64,000 nucleotides of DNA from Halorussus marinus (GCF_004765795.1 NZ_SBIV01000003.1:62001-126000); one strand, 5' to 3'; shown: positions 32,045 to 42,915, numbered from the stretch's first letter. The notes: a model not told the origin generated them from the sequence alone. Translations and numbers: made by a program.

Positions 32045-32302
32045 ATGACGAACCTCGAACTGTACGAACTCGAAGGCTGTCCGTACTGCGCGAAGGTCAA
32101 AGAGAAGCTCGACGAGCTCGGTCTCGACTACGAGTCTCACATGGTGGCCTCGTCGCACTCCGAGCGCACCGAGGTCGAGGCGGTCAGCGGCCAGACGGGC
32201 GTCCCCGTGCTGGTCGACGAGGAGCACGGCGTCGAAGGAATGGCCGAGAGCGACGACATCGTCGAGTACCTCGAGGAGACGTACGGCGATCAGGCGGCCT
32301 GA
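32045..32302 (+). CDS. Glutaredoxin-like protein
   Basis: CPYC active site; SGQTGVPVLVD; ESDDIVEYL. Confidence 0.9.
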   Translation: MTNLELYELEGCPYCAKVKEKLDELGLDYESHMVASSHSERTEVEAVSGQTGVPVLVDEEHGVEGMAESDDIVEYLEETYGDQAA

Positions 32303-32471
32303 GGACCCCCGGATCGGTCCGGGCGCGATCCGCCGGCAGTCCGAACGCGCTTTCTGACCTCTGCACTCCGCGGAGTGGCAACAAAGGCTACGTGGCTCCC
32401 GCCAGTGCGTCCGACCGTGGTGGAACGCTGGGAACGCACGATAGAGACGATCGGGGTTCGGGGGGAGTAGC

Positions 32472-33296
32472 GTGGGAGACGCCGAAACGACGACCGAGGG
32501 CGACTCCGAGGAGTCGACGACCGAGCAGACGCCATCGCCGGACATTCTGGACTCGCTCATCGAGAGCGGGCTCCACGAGATTCGCCGCGAGCGAAACGGG
32601 CTTTTGCTGTCTGGCTTCTCTGCGGGCCTCGACATCGGCTTCGGGCCGGTGCTGATGGCGGTGATTCTCACTCTCTCGACCGGAGGGTACGGCGACCTCG
32701 GGACGGAACTGCTGGTGGCGAGCGCCTACGCCGTCGGCTTCATTTTCGTCATCATCGGTCGCTCGGAGCTGTTCACCGAGCACACGACGCTGGCGGTGCT
32801 CCCCGTCGTCGACGGGCGGGCGTCGCTCGCGGGACTGGGGCGGCTCTGGGGGCTGGTGTACGCGGGCAATATCGTCGGCGGGGCGGTGTTCGCCGGCCTG
32901 CTGGTCACGCTGATGCCCAACCTCGGGGTCGCCTCGCCCGAGGCGTTCGAAACGATCGCGCACAAGCTCGTCGATCACGACCCCGGCTGGCTGTTCGTCG
33001 CCGGGATCCTCGCGGGCTGGCTGATGGGACTGCTCGCGTGGCTGCTCACCGCCGCACAGGAGACGATCAGCCGACTCGCGGTCGTCTGGCTCGTCACGGC
33101 CTCGATCGGGCTCCTCCACCTCCCGCACTCGATCGCGGGCAACGTGGAGGTGCTGTTCGGCGTGTTCGTCTCCTCGGGGGTATCGGTGACCGATTACGCG
33201 ACGTTCCTCGCGCTCGCGACCGCGGGCAACGCGATCGGCGGGGGCGTGTTCGTCGCGCTGTTGAAGTACGGTCACGTCGTACGGGGCGGGGGCTGA
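32472..33296 (+). CDS. Formate/nitrite transporter family protein
   Basis: ELFTEHT, GNIVGG, LAGWLMG, HSIAG, GNAIGG. Confidence 0.9.
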   Translation: MGDAETTTEGDSEESTTEQTPSPDILDSLIESGLHEIRRERNGLLLSGFSAGLDIGFGPVLMAVILTLSTGGYGDLGTELLVASAYAVGFIFVIIGRSELFTEHTTLAVLPVVDGRASLAGLGRLWGLVYAGNIVGGAVFAGLLVTLMPNLGVASPEAFETIAHKLVDHDPGWLFVAGILAGWLMGLLAWLLTAAQETISRLAVVWLVTASIGLLHLPHSIAGNVEVLFGVFVSSGVSVTDYATFLALATAGNAIGGGVFVALLKYGHVVRGGG

Positions 33297-33335
33297 GTGC
33301 TCGCCCGGACCCGGAGAACGATCTGTCCCGGGCGC

Positions 33336-34295
33336 TCAGGCCGGTTCCTCGGCGCGCTCGCGGATCAGCTTTCGCAGTTCGTCGGGATCGTCGATCTCCT
33401 CCAGTTCGTCGCGCTCGACGAGCCCGGTGCCGTCGACGTTCTCGCGGTTGGCCTCGTCGACGAAGTAGACCGATCGGGTGTGGGCGACCTCGCCGATCGA
33501 GGACATGATCCGGGCGCGCTTCTCGGCGGCCTTGGTGAACGCCGAGTGGCCCGTGAGGACGTTCTCGTCGCTGTCCTCGTCCTCGCTGACGGTCTTGAAC
33601 GGCGCCCGAACCGTGGGGTGGACCTCGAAGCCCGCCCGGGTCAACACCGTGACGATGCGCTCGTCGTCGCTCTCTGGCTGGGGGTCCTCGGGCGTGGGGT
33701 CGCCGTCGCGGACCTCCTCGGCACCGTCGAGCACCTCGACCGGGCTGGTGAGGTCTCCCTCGAACATCTCTTCGAGCTCGAACGCGACCTCGACGCTCGC
33801 GTTCATCCCGTCCTCGTACTTCGAGACGGTGCGCCGAGAGACCCCGAGCTCGGAGGCGAGCTGGCCGAGGCTCCAGCCGCGCTCCTCGCGCTCGTCGCGG
33901 AGCACGTCGCCGTCGATGTTGACGTAGAGGCCGCCGGGCGCGGCGTAGACCAGCGGCGCCAGTCCCTCGACGAAAAGCTCCATCGCGGTGTCGGGACTGA
34001 ACACGGGGACGCCGTGGCGAAAGTAGACGACGCCCGGTTCGAGGTCCTCGTCGCGAGTCCGTAGACCGACGACGAGCGGCGTCGCGTCGAGGTACTCCCC
34101 GAGCCGACGCATCTCCACACCGGTCGCGCCGTCGAGCGCGTCGACGTTCGCCAGCACTTTCAGTAACAACAGGTCGCGGCCGCGCCTTGCGGCCACGTCG
34201 AAACTCTTCGGTCGAATCGCGCACCGGTCGCTCACGGAGAACCCCGCGTCCTCCAGCATCGCAGTCACGTTCCCGACCAGTGCAGACCGGGACAT
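33336..34295 (-). CDS. Conserved archaeal XRE-type HTH transcriptional regulator
   Basis: [11 protein letters not shown]-domain; [25 protein letters not shown]. Confidence 0.87.
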   Translation of the reverse strand: MSRSALVGNVTAMLEDAGFSVSDRCAIRPKSFDVAARRGRDLLLLKVLANVDALDGATGVEMRRLGEYLDATPLVVGLRTRDEDLEPGVVYFRHGVPVFSPDTAMELFVEGLAPLVYAAPGGLYVNIDGDVLRDEREERGWSLGQLASELGVSRRTVSKYEDGMNASVEVAFELEEMFEGDLTSPVEVLDGAEEVRDGDPTPEDPQPESDDERIVTVLTRAGFEVHPTVRAPFKTVSEDEDSDENVLTGHSAFTKAAEKRARIMSSIGEVAHTRSVYFVDEANRENVDGTGLVERDELEEIDDPDELRKLIRERAEEPA

Positions 34296-34444
34296 ATCCG
34301 CATGTAAGTGATTCCCCTATATATGCGTTGTGTCGAACGTATCCCGACCGCTGCTTGCGATTGGACGCCGCCACGGCGGTACATTCATATTGGAAGACGG
34401 ACGGCTCCGAAAGCCGTTAGTCCGACACGCCCCTACCGCCGACA

Positions 34445-35761
34445 GTGACGGTCATCGGCATCGACGACACCGACTCTCGGGAACTCGGGATGTGTACGAC
34501 CTACCTCGCCGCCCGGGTAGCCGAGCGGGTCGGCGCCGAGCGACGGCTCCTCGTCCGGCTGAACCCCGCTGTCGAGCACAAAACTCGGGGCAACGCGGCG
34601 CTGGCGATCCACACCGACGCCGACCCCGACGACGCCTTCGAGGTCGCCCGCGAGGCGGTCGCCGAGGCGGCCGCGACCGACGATCCACGGACGAACCCCG
34701 GGCTGGTCGTCGCGCCCGGCGACCCCGGGGCGGTGCCCGATTCGGTCGCCGCGTTCGCCCGCCGCGCGGTTCGCGAGCGGCTCGACGTCGAGGCGGCTGA
34801 GGCCGAACTCGACGCCGCGGGCTACCGCCACGCCGGCTGGAAGGTCGGTCGCGGGAAGATCGGCGCGCTGGCCGCGGTCGGCGCGTGGGCGGGGCTGGGC
34901 CCCGCGCCGGACGCGAACGGCGTCGACCGCGACGGCTCGAACGCCGCCGACGGCCCGGGGGGCGAGTGGACTTACGAATGTATCACCTATCGGGAGCGCA
35001 ACCGGTGGGGAACGCCCCGGGAGGTCGACGCCGACTCGGTGTTCGAAGCCGCCGACGATGCCTACCCCGTCGTCTGGGACACCGTCGACCGCGAGACGGG
35101 CGAACTGGTCTGTGTCCCCCACACGCCCGGCCCGATCCTCCACGGGATCCGCGGCGACGACCCCGACGCCGTCCGCGAGGTCGCCGAGGCGATCGAGAGC
35201 GAGCCCGTCGAACGCCGGGCGGTGTTCGTCACGAATCAGGGCACCGACGCCCACCTCCGAGACGCCCCGCTCTCGGCCGCCGCGAACGGCCGCTCGTACC
35301 GGACGACCGGGACCGTCGTCGACGACCCGGAGACGAGGCGGGGCGGCCACGTCTTCTTCGCGATCGAGGACGGCGAGTCGCGCCTCGACTGCGCCGCCTT
35401 CGAACCGACCAAGCGGTTTCGCGACCGGGTCCGCGCGCTCCGGGCCGGCGACCGAATCACGGCCTGCGGCGAGGCGTCCGAGGACACCCTCAAACTGGAG
35501 AAGTTCGCGGTGCGGTCGCTGAACCGGACGGAACTCGCCACTCCGGACTGCCCGGACTGTGGCCGGTCGATGGAGAGCGCCGGAGCGGGACAGGGCTACC
35601 GGTGTCGAGACTGCGCGACGACCGCCGACGGCAAGATCGAACGGGCGGTCGACCGGGAGATCGAACTCGGGTGGTACGAGGTGCCTCCCGAGGCCCGCCG
35701 ACACATCGCCCGGCCGCTGGTCAGGGGCGGGTTCGACGCACCGACTCACCCCGAGCGGTGA
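34445..35761 (+). CDS. tiaS: tRNA(Ile2) agmatinylcytidine synthetase
   Basis: IGIDDTDS...GMCTTY, RLNPAVEHKTRGN, PILHGIRG, TNQGTDAHL, AAFEPT, C-terminal CPDC/CRDC. Confidence 0.94.
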   Translation: MTVIGIDDTDSRELGMCTTYLAARVAERVGAERRLLVRLNPAVEHKTRGNAALAIHTDADPDDAFEVAREAVAEAAATDDPRTNPGLVVAPGDPGAVPDSVAAFARRAVRERLDVEAAEAELDAAGYRHAGWKVGRGKIGALAAVGAWAGLGPAPDANGVDRDGSNAADGPGGEWTYECITYRERNRWGTPREVDADSVFEAADDAYPVVWDTVDRETGELVCVPHTPGPILHGIRGDDPDAVREVAEAIESEPVERRAVFVTNQGTDAHLRDAPLSAAANGRSYRTTGTVVDDPETRRGGHVFFAIEDGESRLDCAAFEPTKRFRDRVRALRAGDRITACGEASEDTLKLEKFAVRSLNRTELATPDCPDCGRSMESAGAGQGYRCRDCATTADGKIERAVDREIELGWYEVPPEARRHIARPLVRGGFDAPTHPER

Positions 35762-35873
35762 CCGCGACGGGCCGACGTCCGGGGATTTCGATCGGCGTCG
35801 ACCACCGGCCGTCATTCCGACCTCGCGGCGGCGTCCCGAAAAGAGTTAAACCCCGCACCCGTACGCCCGGCTA

Positions 35874-36965
35874 ATGCTGCTGGTCCTGTGTGTGGACCTC
35901 GACGACGACCTCGGCCGGAAGACCGACTTCGACACCCCGGTCGTCGGTCGGGACGACGTCGAGCGCGCCGCCGTGGCGCTCGCGACCTCCGACCCCGAGG
36001 ACAGCGACGTGAACGTCATGTTCGAGGGCGTCCACCTCGCCGACCGCATCGACGACGAGACGGTCGAGGTGGCGGTCGTGACCGGCGTCGACGGGAGCGA
36101 CGTCGCCGCGAATCGGGCGGTCGGCGAGGAGGTCGACGAGGTGCTTGCCGGGCTCTCGACCAGCGAGGAGGTCCGGGCGGTCATCGTTACCGACGGCGCC
36201 CAAGACGAGAGCGTGATCCCGGTCGTCCGATCTCGGGTGCCGGTCGACGGCGTCCGGCGCGTGGTGGTCCGGCAGGCCCAGGACCTCGAATCGATGTACT
36301 ACACCATGAAGCAGGTGCTCGACGACCCCGAGACCCGCGGGACCGTCCTCGTCCCGCTTGGCATCCTGTTGCTAATCTACCCGCTTGCGGTCATCTCCGA
36401 CTGGCAGGGGTTGCCCGGCGCGGCGGTGTTCGGCATGACCTCGGGACTGCTCGGGCTCTACGTCCTCGGCCGGGGGCTGGGCGTCGAGCGTCTGCTCGAC
36501 CGGGCGGCCGAGAAAGCCCGCACCGGGCTGTACGCGGGCCGCGTGACGCTCATCACCTACGTGGTCGCGACCGCCCTGCTGGTCATCGGCGGGGTCCGCG
36601 GGGTCGAGATGCTCGAATCGGTGAAGGCCGGGAGCGACGCCCCGGTCGGACCGATACGCGTGCTCGCGTCGCTGGTCTACGGGGCCGTGACGTGGTTCAC
36701 CGCCGCCGGAATCACCACCAGTCTCGGTCAGATCACCGACGAGTATCTCGCCGACCGCTTCCGGTGGCGCTACCTCAACGCCCCGTTCTACGTCGTCGCG
36801 ATCGCCGCGGTGCTCCACGCGGTCAGCGCCTACTTCCTCGGGCGCGTCCCGCTGACGTATCTGGCGGGGATGCTCACTGTCGGCACGTTACTCGGCCTCT
36901 CGAGCACGCTCGCGTTCGCGGTCGCCGAATCCCGCCAGTCGCGGCGGGCAGAACAGGTCGGCTAG
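35874..36965 (+). CDS. DUF373-family membrane protein
   Basis: LVLCVDLDDDLG, DPEDSDVN, DGAQDE, VVVRQ followed by multiple TMs. Confidence 0.85.
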   Translation: MLLVLCVDLDDDLGRKTDFDTPVVGRDDVERAAVALATSDPEDSDVNVMFEGVHLADRIDDETVEVAVVTGVDGSDVAANRAVGEEVDEVLAGLSTSEEVRAVIVTDGAQDESVIPVVRSRVPVDGVRRVVVRQAQDLESMYYTMKQVLDDPETRGTVLVPLGILLLIYPLAVISDWQGLPGAAVFGMTSGLLGLYVLGRGLGVERLLDRAAEKARTGLYAGRVTLITYVVATALLVIGGVRGVEMLESVKAGSDAPVGPIRVLASLVYGAVTWFTAAGITTSLGQITDEYLADRFRWRYLNAPFYVVAIAAVLHAVSAYFLGRVPLTYLAGMLTVGTLLGLSSTLAFAVAESRQSRRAEQVG

Positions 36966-37804
36966 CGCTCGCGGGTCACGACGAACGACGCGAGGTCTTC
37001 GAGGTAGCCGGTCGCGGTCTCGTCGGGGGTCTCGGCCCGGTCGAGGGCGGCCAGCGCGGACTCGGACTGCTCGCGAGCGAGGTCGTTGGCCGCCGCGGCG
37101 TCGAGGTCGGTCACCTGCACGATCGACGGCCGGCCCATCTCGGCGTCGGTTCCGGTCGGCTTCCCGAGTTCCTCGGCGTCGGCGGTCGCGTCGAGCACGT
37201 CGTCGCGGATCTGGAACGCCACGCCGACTCGCTCGGCGTACTCGCCGAACGCCTCGACGGTCACGGGGTCGGCGTCGGCCGCAAGCGCCCCCAGTTCGGC
37301 GGCCGCCCGGAACAGCGCGCCGGTCTTCCGGCGGGCGAGTTCCATGTACCCCTCTCGGTCGGTCGGCCGGGCGACCAGTTCGGTCGCCTCGCCCTCGCCG
37401 AGTTCGACCATCGCGTCCGCGACCGCGACGGTCGCTCGGGGATCGGACGAAAACAGTTCGAACGCCTCGCCGATGAGCCCGTCGCTCGCGATGATCGCCG
37501 GCGCGTACCCGAACTCGGCCCACGCGCTCGCGGTGCCCCGGCGGGTGTCCGACCGGTCGATGATGTCGTCGACCACGAGCGACGCGTCGTGGACCAGTTC
37601 GACGCCCACCGCGAAGTCGACCGCGGCCTCGGCGACCCCGCCGGCGGCCTCGCAGGACAGCACGGTGACGGTCGGCCGGACGCGCTTGCCCCCCGACAGC
37701 GCGACGTGGCGGACCTCCTCTGAGAGCTCCGTCGGCTCGACCCGGTCGAGGACCGCTTCGAGGCGCTCCTCGACCAGCGCCCGCCGGGACTCGGGATAAT
37801 CCAT
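36962..37804 (-). CDS. Polyprenyl diphosphate synthase (GGPP synthase family)
   Basis: GGKRVRP, VDDIID..RRG, KTGALF, FQIRDDVLD, GKPTGTD. Confidence 0.9.
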   Translation of the reverse strand: MDYPESRRALVEERLEAVLDRVEPTELSEEVRHVALSGGKRVRPTVTVLSCEAAGGVAEAAVDFAVGVELVHDASLVVDDIIDRSDTRRGTASAWAEFGYAPAIIASDGLIGEAFELFSSDPRATVAVADAMVELGEGEATELVARPTDREGYMELARRKTGALFRAAAELGALAADADPVTVEAFGEYAERVGVAFQIRDDVLDATADAEELGKPTGTDAEMGRPSIVQVTDLDAAAANDLAREQSESALAALDRAETPDETATGYLEDLASFVVTRER

Positions 37805-37871
37805 CGGCCGGGACTCAGGACCGGCAAAACAAGTACGTGACGATAGCGGAGCGGTTCCGTGACGGTCGCTC

Positions 37872-37941
37872 CGCACCCGCTTTCGCTCTCGGTCGCGTTG
37901 CTCGCTGCGGACACCGCTCGGCGCGGAACGCTCGATCAAAA
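37872..37941 (+). repeat. REP/MITE-like element, degenerate copy B
   Basis: Contains AACGCTCGATCAAAA after a weak GC-rich stem. Confidence 0.5.
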
Positions 37942-38002
37942 TCCCGGCCGCGAATGTCCCGAGCGGCCGGCGATCGATCCTCCCCGGATCGGTCTGGAGG
38001 CG

Positions 38003-38953
38003 TTACTCGAACTCCTCGATGAGTTCGGGCACGACCTCGAACAGGTCGCCGACGACGCCGTAGTCGGCGATGTCGAAGATGGGGGCGTTCGGGTCGGTGT
38101 TGACCGCGATGATCGTGTCCGAGCCCTTCATCCCGGCGACGTGCTGGACCGCCCCGGAGATGCCGATGGCGAGGTAGACGTCGGGGGTGACGACCTTCCC
38201 CGACTGGCCGACCTGCCGGTTCTTGGGGAGCCAGCCGTTGTCGACGATCGGTCGCGACGACGACAGCGTCGCGTCGGTCGCCTCGACGAGATCGCGGATG
38301 AGATCGAGGTTCTCCTCCTCCTCGATGCCTCGGCCGATCGAGACGATGAAGTCGGCCTCGCTGATGTCGACGTCGCCGCCGCCGACCTCCTCGAAGCCGG
38401 TCACCGTCGAGCCGGCGTCGGTGTCGATGTCGACGTCGAACTCGGCCACCTCGGCGTCGCCGACGCCGTCTGCGGCGGGCCACTCCACGCCGCGGATAGT
38501 GACCGCCGTCCGGTCGCCGCCGACCTCGACGGTCGTCTCGACCTTCGAGCCGTACATCTCGCGGGTGACTTCGAGCCCGTCGTCGTACTCGAAGCCGACC
38601 GCGTCGGTCGCCAGCGAGAGGTCGAGTCGGTTAGCGACTGCGGGGGCGAAGTCGAGCCCGTTGACGCTGTTTGCCATCACCAGCACTTCGGGGTCGAGTT
38701 CGGCGTGGAGCGCCTCGACGGCTTGGGCGTAGACGTCGTGGTTGAACTCCTCGCCCTCCGAGACGGTGTGGATGAAGTCGACGCCTTCGCGGTTCAGCTC
38801 GTCCGCGAACTTTTCGGTGTCGCCGCTGATGACCGCGACGTGGAGGTCGCCGCCGGTCGCGTCGGCCAGCTCCCGTCCCGCGGTCACGAGCTCGTAGCTC
38901 ACGTCCCGGAGGTCGCCGCGGCGGTGCTCGGCGACGGCCAGCACGTCGCTCAT
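38003..38953 (-). CDS. etfA: Electron transfer flavoprotein alpha subunit
   Basis: IGRGI, SSRPIVD, QVGQSGK, GISGAVQHVAGM, NTDPNAPIF. Confidence 0.95.
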   Translation of the reverse strand: MSDVLAVAEHRRGDLRDVSYELVTAGRELADATGGDLHVAVISGDTEKFADELNREGVDFIHTVSEGEEFNHDVYAQAVEALHAELDPEVLVMANSVNGLDFAPAVANRLDLSLATDAVGFEYDDGLEVTREMYGSKVETTVEVGGDRTAVTIRGVEWPAADGVGDAEVAEFDVDIDTDAGSTVTGFEEVGGGDVDISEADFIVSIGRGIEEEENLDLIRDLVEATDATLSSSRPIVDNGWLPKNRQVGQSGKVVTPDVYLAIGISGAVQHVAGMKGSDTIIAVNTDPNAPIFDIADYGVVGDLFEVVPELIEEFE

Positions 38954-39741
38954 TCTGCCACCCCCTTCTCGCGGAGGACTTCAGCCAGTCGCCCGGCGGT
39001 CTCGCCGGCGTCGCCCTCGAAGAGCTCGGCGTCGCTCTCGCTCTCGGGCTCGTACATCGAGGTGAGGGTGAGATCGCTCTCGACGGCGTCGGCATCGAGC
39101 CCGACGTCGTTGAGGGTCTTTGGCGCGATCTCCTTGCTCTGGGCCTGCCGGATGCCCCGGAGGCTGGCGTACCGGGGCTCGTTGATCCCGGTCTGGATGG
39201 TGAGCACCGCGGGGAGCTCGATGTCGGTGAGCTCCTCGACGCCGCCCTCCAGTTCGCGGTGGACGTGTGCGACGCCCGCCTCGTGGTCGTAGTCGAGGGC
39301 GTTGACGACCGCGCCCCACTGGAAGCCGAGGTGGTCGGCCAGCGAGACGCCGGTCGCGCCGAACGCGTCGTCGCCAGCCTGCACGCCGGAGAGGACGAGA
39401 TCGGGGTCTTCCTCCTCGACGACGGCGGCGAGCATGTTGGTCTTCGTCTCGACGTCGAGCAGGTCGACGTCTTCGAGCGCGTCGTCCCACACTCGGACGG
39501 CGCGGTCCGCGCCCTTCGCCAGCGCCATCCGGATGGTTTCGTCGGCCCGCTCGGGCCCGATAGTGACCGTCACGACCTCGTCGGCCGGACCGTCCTCTTT
39601 CAGTTGGACGGCCTCCTCGACCGCGTAATCGTCCCACTCGTTCAGGTCGTACTCGAGGTAGCGTTCGTCTACCTCGGTCCCCGCAATCTCGAAGTCGTCG
39701 GCGACTTCCGCGACCTCTTTCACTGTCACCAGGACCTTCAT
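38950..39741 (-). CDS. etfB: Electron transfer flavoprotein beta subunit
   Basis: MKVLVTVKEV, NEWDDYAVEEA, ALAKGAD, INEPRY. Confidence 0.95.
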   Translation of the reverse strand: MKVLVTVKEVAEVADDFEIAGTEVDERYLEYDLNEWDDYAVEEAVQLKEDGPADEVVTVTIGPERADETIRMALAKGADRAVRVWDDALEDVDLLDVETKTNMLAAVVEEEDPDLVLSGVQAGDDAFGATGVSLADHLGFQWGAVVNALDYDHEAGVAHVHRELEGGVEELTDIELPAVLTIQTGINEPRYASLRGIRQAQSKEIAPKTLNDVGLDADAVESDLTLTSMYEPESESDAELFEGDAGETAGRLAEVLREKGVAE

Positions 39742-39810
39742 AATAGATGTGTCTCTGGCACGGAGGTAAACGCTTTCGAAACGCACGACGCGATGCCGGT
39801 AGTTTCCGAG

Positions 39811-40941
39811 CTACTCGGTCACGTCCTCGTCCGGGAGGGTGATGAGGTTCTCGCGGCCGATCCGGAGCTTGTCCACGTCGCCGTTGTCCGCCATCTTCGA
39901 GAGCAACTGGGAGACTTTGGCGTTCGACCAGTTGGTCTCCTTGACGATGTCGGCCTGCTTCATCCGGCCGTCGTTCTCCTCGAGCAGTCGGAGGACTCGC
40001 TCCTCGTCGCTCAACAGTTCCGGATCGGGCTCGGCCTCGTCGTCGCTGTCGGTCTCCTCGGCGGTCGCGCCGCCCGTAGTAGCGTCTTCGGACGGCTCGT
40101 CCGACGCGGCGTCGGCGATGTCGGCCTCCGACAGGTCGGGAGCGTCCTCGCGGCGAGTCCACGCGTATGCGCCGGTCCCGCCGGCCAGCACCAACAACAG
40201 CAAGACGACTCCCGAGAGGCTCCCGACGTCGGGCAAGCCGCCGCCCGGCGATCCGGGGGTCGTCGAGGCCGGGTTCCGGGGCTCGTAGGAGACCTCGATC
40301 TCGCCCGGCTCGAACGACTCGGGGCCCTCGTAGTGGAGTTCGTTGACGTTCGAGACGCCCTTGTTCGGGGGCGTGTTCCGCACCACGTAGCTGTCGGGGC
40401 CGTCGATGACCAGCGACTGGTCGCGGGTCAGCTCCGGGAGCCAGGTTCCGGACGGCGTTCTGAACGCGTCGTCGACGACGACGACTCTGTCTTCGACTCG
40501 CGAGAAGTTCGTCCAGGTGAACGACAGCGTGAGCCGGCCGACCGTCCCGTTCTCGAGGAGCCTCGCGGACCGACTCGCGTCGCGGATCGCCATCTTTCGG
40601 TCGGGGGCGGCGCGGGACCCGATGCGTTCGAACGTCTCGCTGGTGACCCCGACGTCCGTCTCACCGCTCTCGTACTTCTCGGCGAGCTGTCGGAACGCCG
40701 CCGTCTCGTTCTCGTCCCGGAGGGCGAATTGCGTCGTTACCGTCCAGTCGGCGTCCCCGGTCTCGCGGAGGGAGACGCGCATGATCGTTTCGTCGCGGGT
40801 TTCGTTGGTCTCCGTCGCGGTCTCGCTCTGCTGTAGGGGCGTCGCGGTCAGCTCGTCGGTCGACTGGCCGACGCCAGCGGCGGCTCCGGCGACGGGACCG
40901 AGGGCGAGGAGGGCGACGAGGAGGGCGGCGAACCACCGCAT
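39811..40941 (-). CDS. Membrane-anchored protein with extracellular domain and C-terminal winged HTH
   Basis: Signal peptide, about 200-aa domain, TM (VVLLLLVLAGG), acidic linker, LLSDEERVLRLL...GRMKQADIV...WSNAKVSQLLS. Confidence 0.78.
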   Translation of the reverse strand: MRWFAALLVALLALGPVAGAAAGVGQSTDELTATPLQQSETATETNETRDETIMRVSLRETGDADWTVTTQFALRDENETAAFRQLAEKYESGETDVGVTSETFERIGSRAAPDRKMAIRDASRSARLLENGTVGRLTLSFTWTNFSRVEDRVVVVDDAFRTPSGTWLPELTRDQSLVIDGPDSYVVRNTPPNKGVSNVNELHYEGPESFEPGEIEVSYEPRNPASTTPGSPGGGLPDVGSLSGVVLLLLVLAGGTGAYAWTRREDAPDLSEADIADAASDEPSEDATTGGATAEETDSDDEAEPDPELLSDEERVLRLLEENDGRMKQADIVKETNWSNAKVSQLLSKMADNGDVDKLRIGRENLITLPDEDVTE

Positions 40942-41095
40942 ACAGTCGCGTGAACACGCCGACAAGAAAATACTTTCTATCCGGAGATAAAACGTCAGCG
41001 CGCTCCGTGAAACGTCTCGGGCGCTCTGATGGCGTCCCGGCGGAGTTCATACTTTCGTGCGTATTTTAATGGTGGGCGGGCGAGATGCGAACGAG

Positions 41096-42349
41096 ATGCG
41101 AGTCACCCCCGTTATGCTGGCGTTACTGCTGGCCCTCTCTCCGGGCGCGGCGGCGGTGCAGGCGGCCGCGCCGCTGGCCTCGGCCGCCGACGACCGCGTC
41201 GGGGCGACCGACGTGGTCCGACCGGCGACGAACGAGAACACGACCGCGGTGCTGACGCTCGGCGCCGACCCCGATCGGACGGCGTTCGACTCGACGTCGG
41301 TGTCGCTCGGACGCGCGCTCGCGGCCGATCGGGCGAGCGCCGAGACGGCGCTCAGCGTCGGAGCGCTCGACGAGAAACTGGCCGCGGCCGGAAGCGACCG
41401 CCGGCGGAAACAGATCCTGACGCGGTACCGGTATCGGATAGAGAATCACGTCATCTCACTACGGTCGGCCGAACAGCGCGCGACCGAGGCGTTCTCGAAC
41501 GGATCGCTGTCGGCCACGGCGTACCTCCGGACGCTCGGTCGCATCGACGCCGAAGCCGAGCACGTCCGCCACACCGTACGGGAACTCCAGACGCGGGCAC
41601 AGAAGCTCCCCGACTTCGGAATGCTGAACGTCGACACGTCGGTGCAGGTGCGGCTCATGCTCGTCGAAGGGCCGGTCCGAGACCGGATCTCGAAGTCACT
41701 CCGGGGGACGCGCGATCCGATCCGCGTCCACGTCAGCACGGCCGGACGCGGCGTCGCGCTCTCGGCGATTCGCGACGGCGAATACGTCCGTGAGATCGCC
41801 CGCCCCGACCGGCGCGACTCGGGGACGACCGAGTCGCTGACCGTCGGACGGGCGTTCAACCTCGTCCTCGACCAGTACCCCTGGGTCCGGAACAACACCG
41901 CCGGCGGGAGCAGTTCCCAGTACAGTCCGACCGACGTCTACGACGTGACCGTGAACCACAACCACGGCAACTTCACGGCCTCGCTCGACGCCGGGACGGG
42001 TGAGATATTCAAGGAGATCCAGTACAAGCACCTCGAAGGCCAGCGGACCCTTCCGCCGGGACCGGGCGTCCGGAACACCGCCGCGAACGCGTTCGGCACG
42101 GAGAACGTCACGCTCACCGTCAACCGCACCTACCCCGGCGGTCCGCTTCGGGCACATCTCGCGAACGAGACCGGCGCGCCCCTCGACGGGACGATCACAG
42201 TCGACGGCGAACCCGTCGGGGCTACGGGCTCAGACGGCGTCCTGTGGACGCTCGGGCCAGACGAGCAGTTCCGCGTGAGCGCGACCCACGACGGGACGAC
42301 GGTCAACGTGACCGCGACACCGGTCGACATCCGCTCGGCCGAAGGTTGA
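41096..42349 (+). CDS. Secreted hypothetical protein with Ig-like C-terminus
   Basis: Signal peptide, many N-x-S/T sequons, C-terminal beta-rich segment (TITVDGEPVGATGSDG). Confidence 0.7.
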   Translation: MRVTPVMLALLLALSPGAAAVQAAAPLASAADDRVGATDVVRPATNENTTAVLTLGADPDRTAFDSTSVSLGRALAADRASAETALSVGALDEKLAAAGSDRRRKQILTRYRYRIENHVISLRSAEQRATEAFSNGSLSATAYLRTLGRIDAEAEHVRHTVRELQTRAQKLPDFGMLNVDTSVQVRLMLVEGPVRDRISKSLRGTRDPIRVHVSTAGRGVALSAIRDGEYVREIARPDRRDSGTTESLTVGRAFNLVLDQYPWVRNNTAGGSSSQYSPTDVYDVTVNHNHGNFTASLDAGTGEIFKEIQYKHLEGQRTLPPGPGVRNTAANAFGTENVTLTVNRTYPGGPLRAHLANETGAPLDGTITVDGEPVGATGSDGVLWTLGPDEQFRVSATHDGTTVNVTATPVDIRSAEG

Positions 42350-42376
42350 AGGCGGAAGCCGGGACCAGTTGGCGGC

Positions 42377-42838
42377 GTGTCCCCCCGCGCCGTCTCCCCC
42401 GTCTTGGGCGTCGTCTGCCTGCTCGTCGTGACGGTCGTCCTCGCCGCCGCCGTCGGGACCGCGGCGCTCGGGACCACGCTCCCGACCGACCGACCGACGG
42501 CGGCCGTCGATCTACGCGTCGACGCGGGCGCCGACCGGCTCGCGCTCGTTCACCGCGCTGGCGAGGCCCTCGACGTGCGAGCGCTGTCCGTCCGGATTCT
42601 GATCGACGGCGACCCCCTCGACCGCCAGCCGCCGGTCCCGTTCTTCTCGGCGCGCGGGTTCGTCTCCGGGCCGACCGGCCCGTTCAACCCCGCCGCCGAC
42701 CCCCGGTGGTCGGTCGGCGAGCGTGCGAGCCTCCGAATCGCCGGGACGAACGCGCCGACGATAGCGCCCGGCGAACGCGTCGCGGTCGAATTCCTCGTCG
42801 AAGGTGTAGTCGTCGCGGAGGCGTCGGCGAGGGCGTAG
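42377..42838 (+). CDS. Archaeal type IV pilin
   Basis: Class III signal peptide RA|VSPVLGVVCLLVVTVVLAAAVG; LVHRAGE motif. Confidence 0.85.
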   Translation: MSPRAVSPVLGVVCLLVVTVVLAAAVGTAALGTTLPTDRPTAAVDLRVDAGADRLALVHRAGEALDVRALSVRILIDGDPLDRQPPVPFFSARGFVSGPTGPFNPAADPRWSVGERASLRIAGTNAPTIAPGERVAVEFLVEGVVVAEASARA

Positions 42839-42915
42839 CTCCTCTTCGGGGACGCGAGCGACGGTGGCGATCGCGACGTCGGGATCGTACGAGGGCCCCA
42901 TCTCGCGGTGCTCGA
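42839..42915 (-). repeat. 77-bp direct duplicate of the methyltransferase 3' end (43052-43128)
   Basis: Two mismatches by eye; one converts the stop TAG to GAG. Confidence 0.92.

Noticed and set aside
34885..34965. Gly/Asp-rich insertion in TiaS
   Set aside because: Short in-frame loop with no intein or intron hallmarks.
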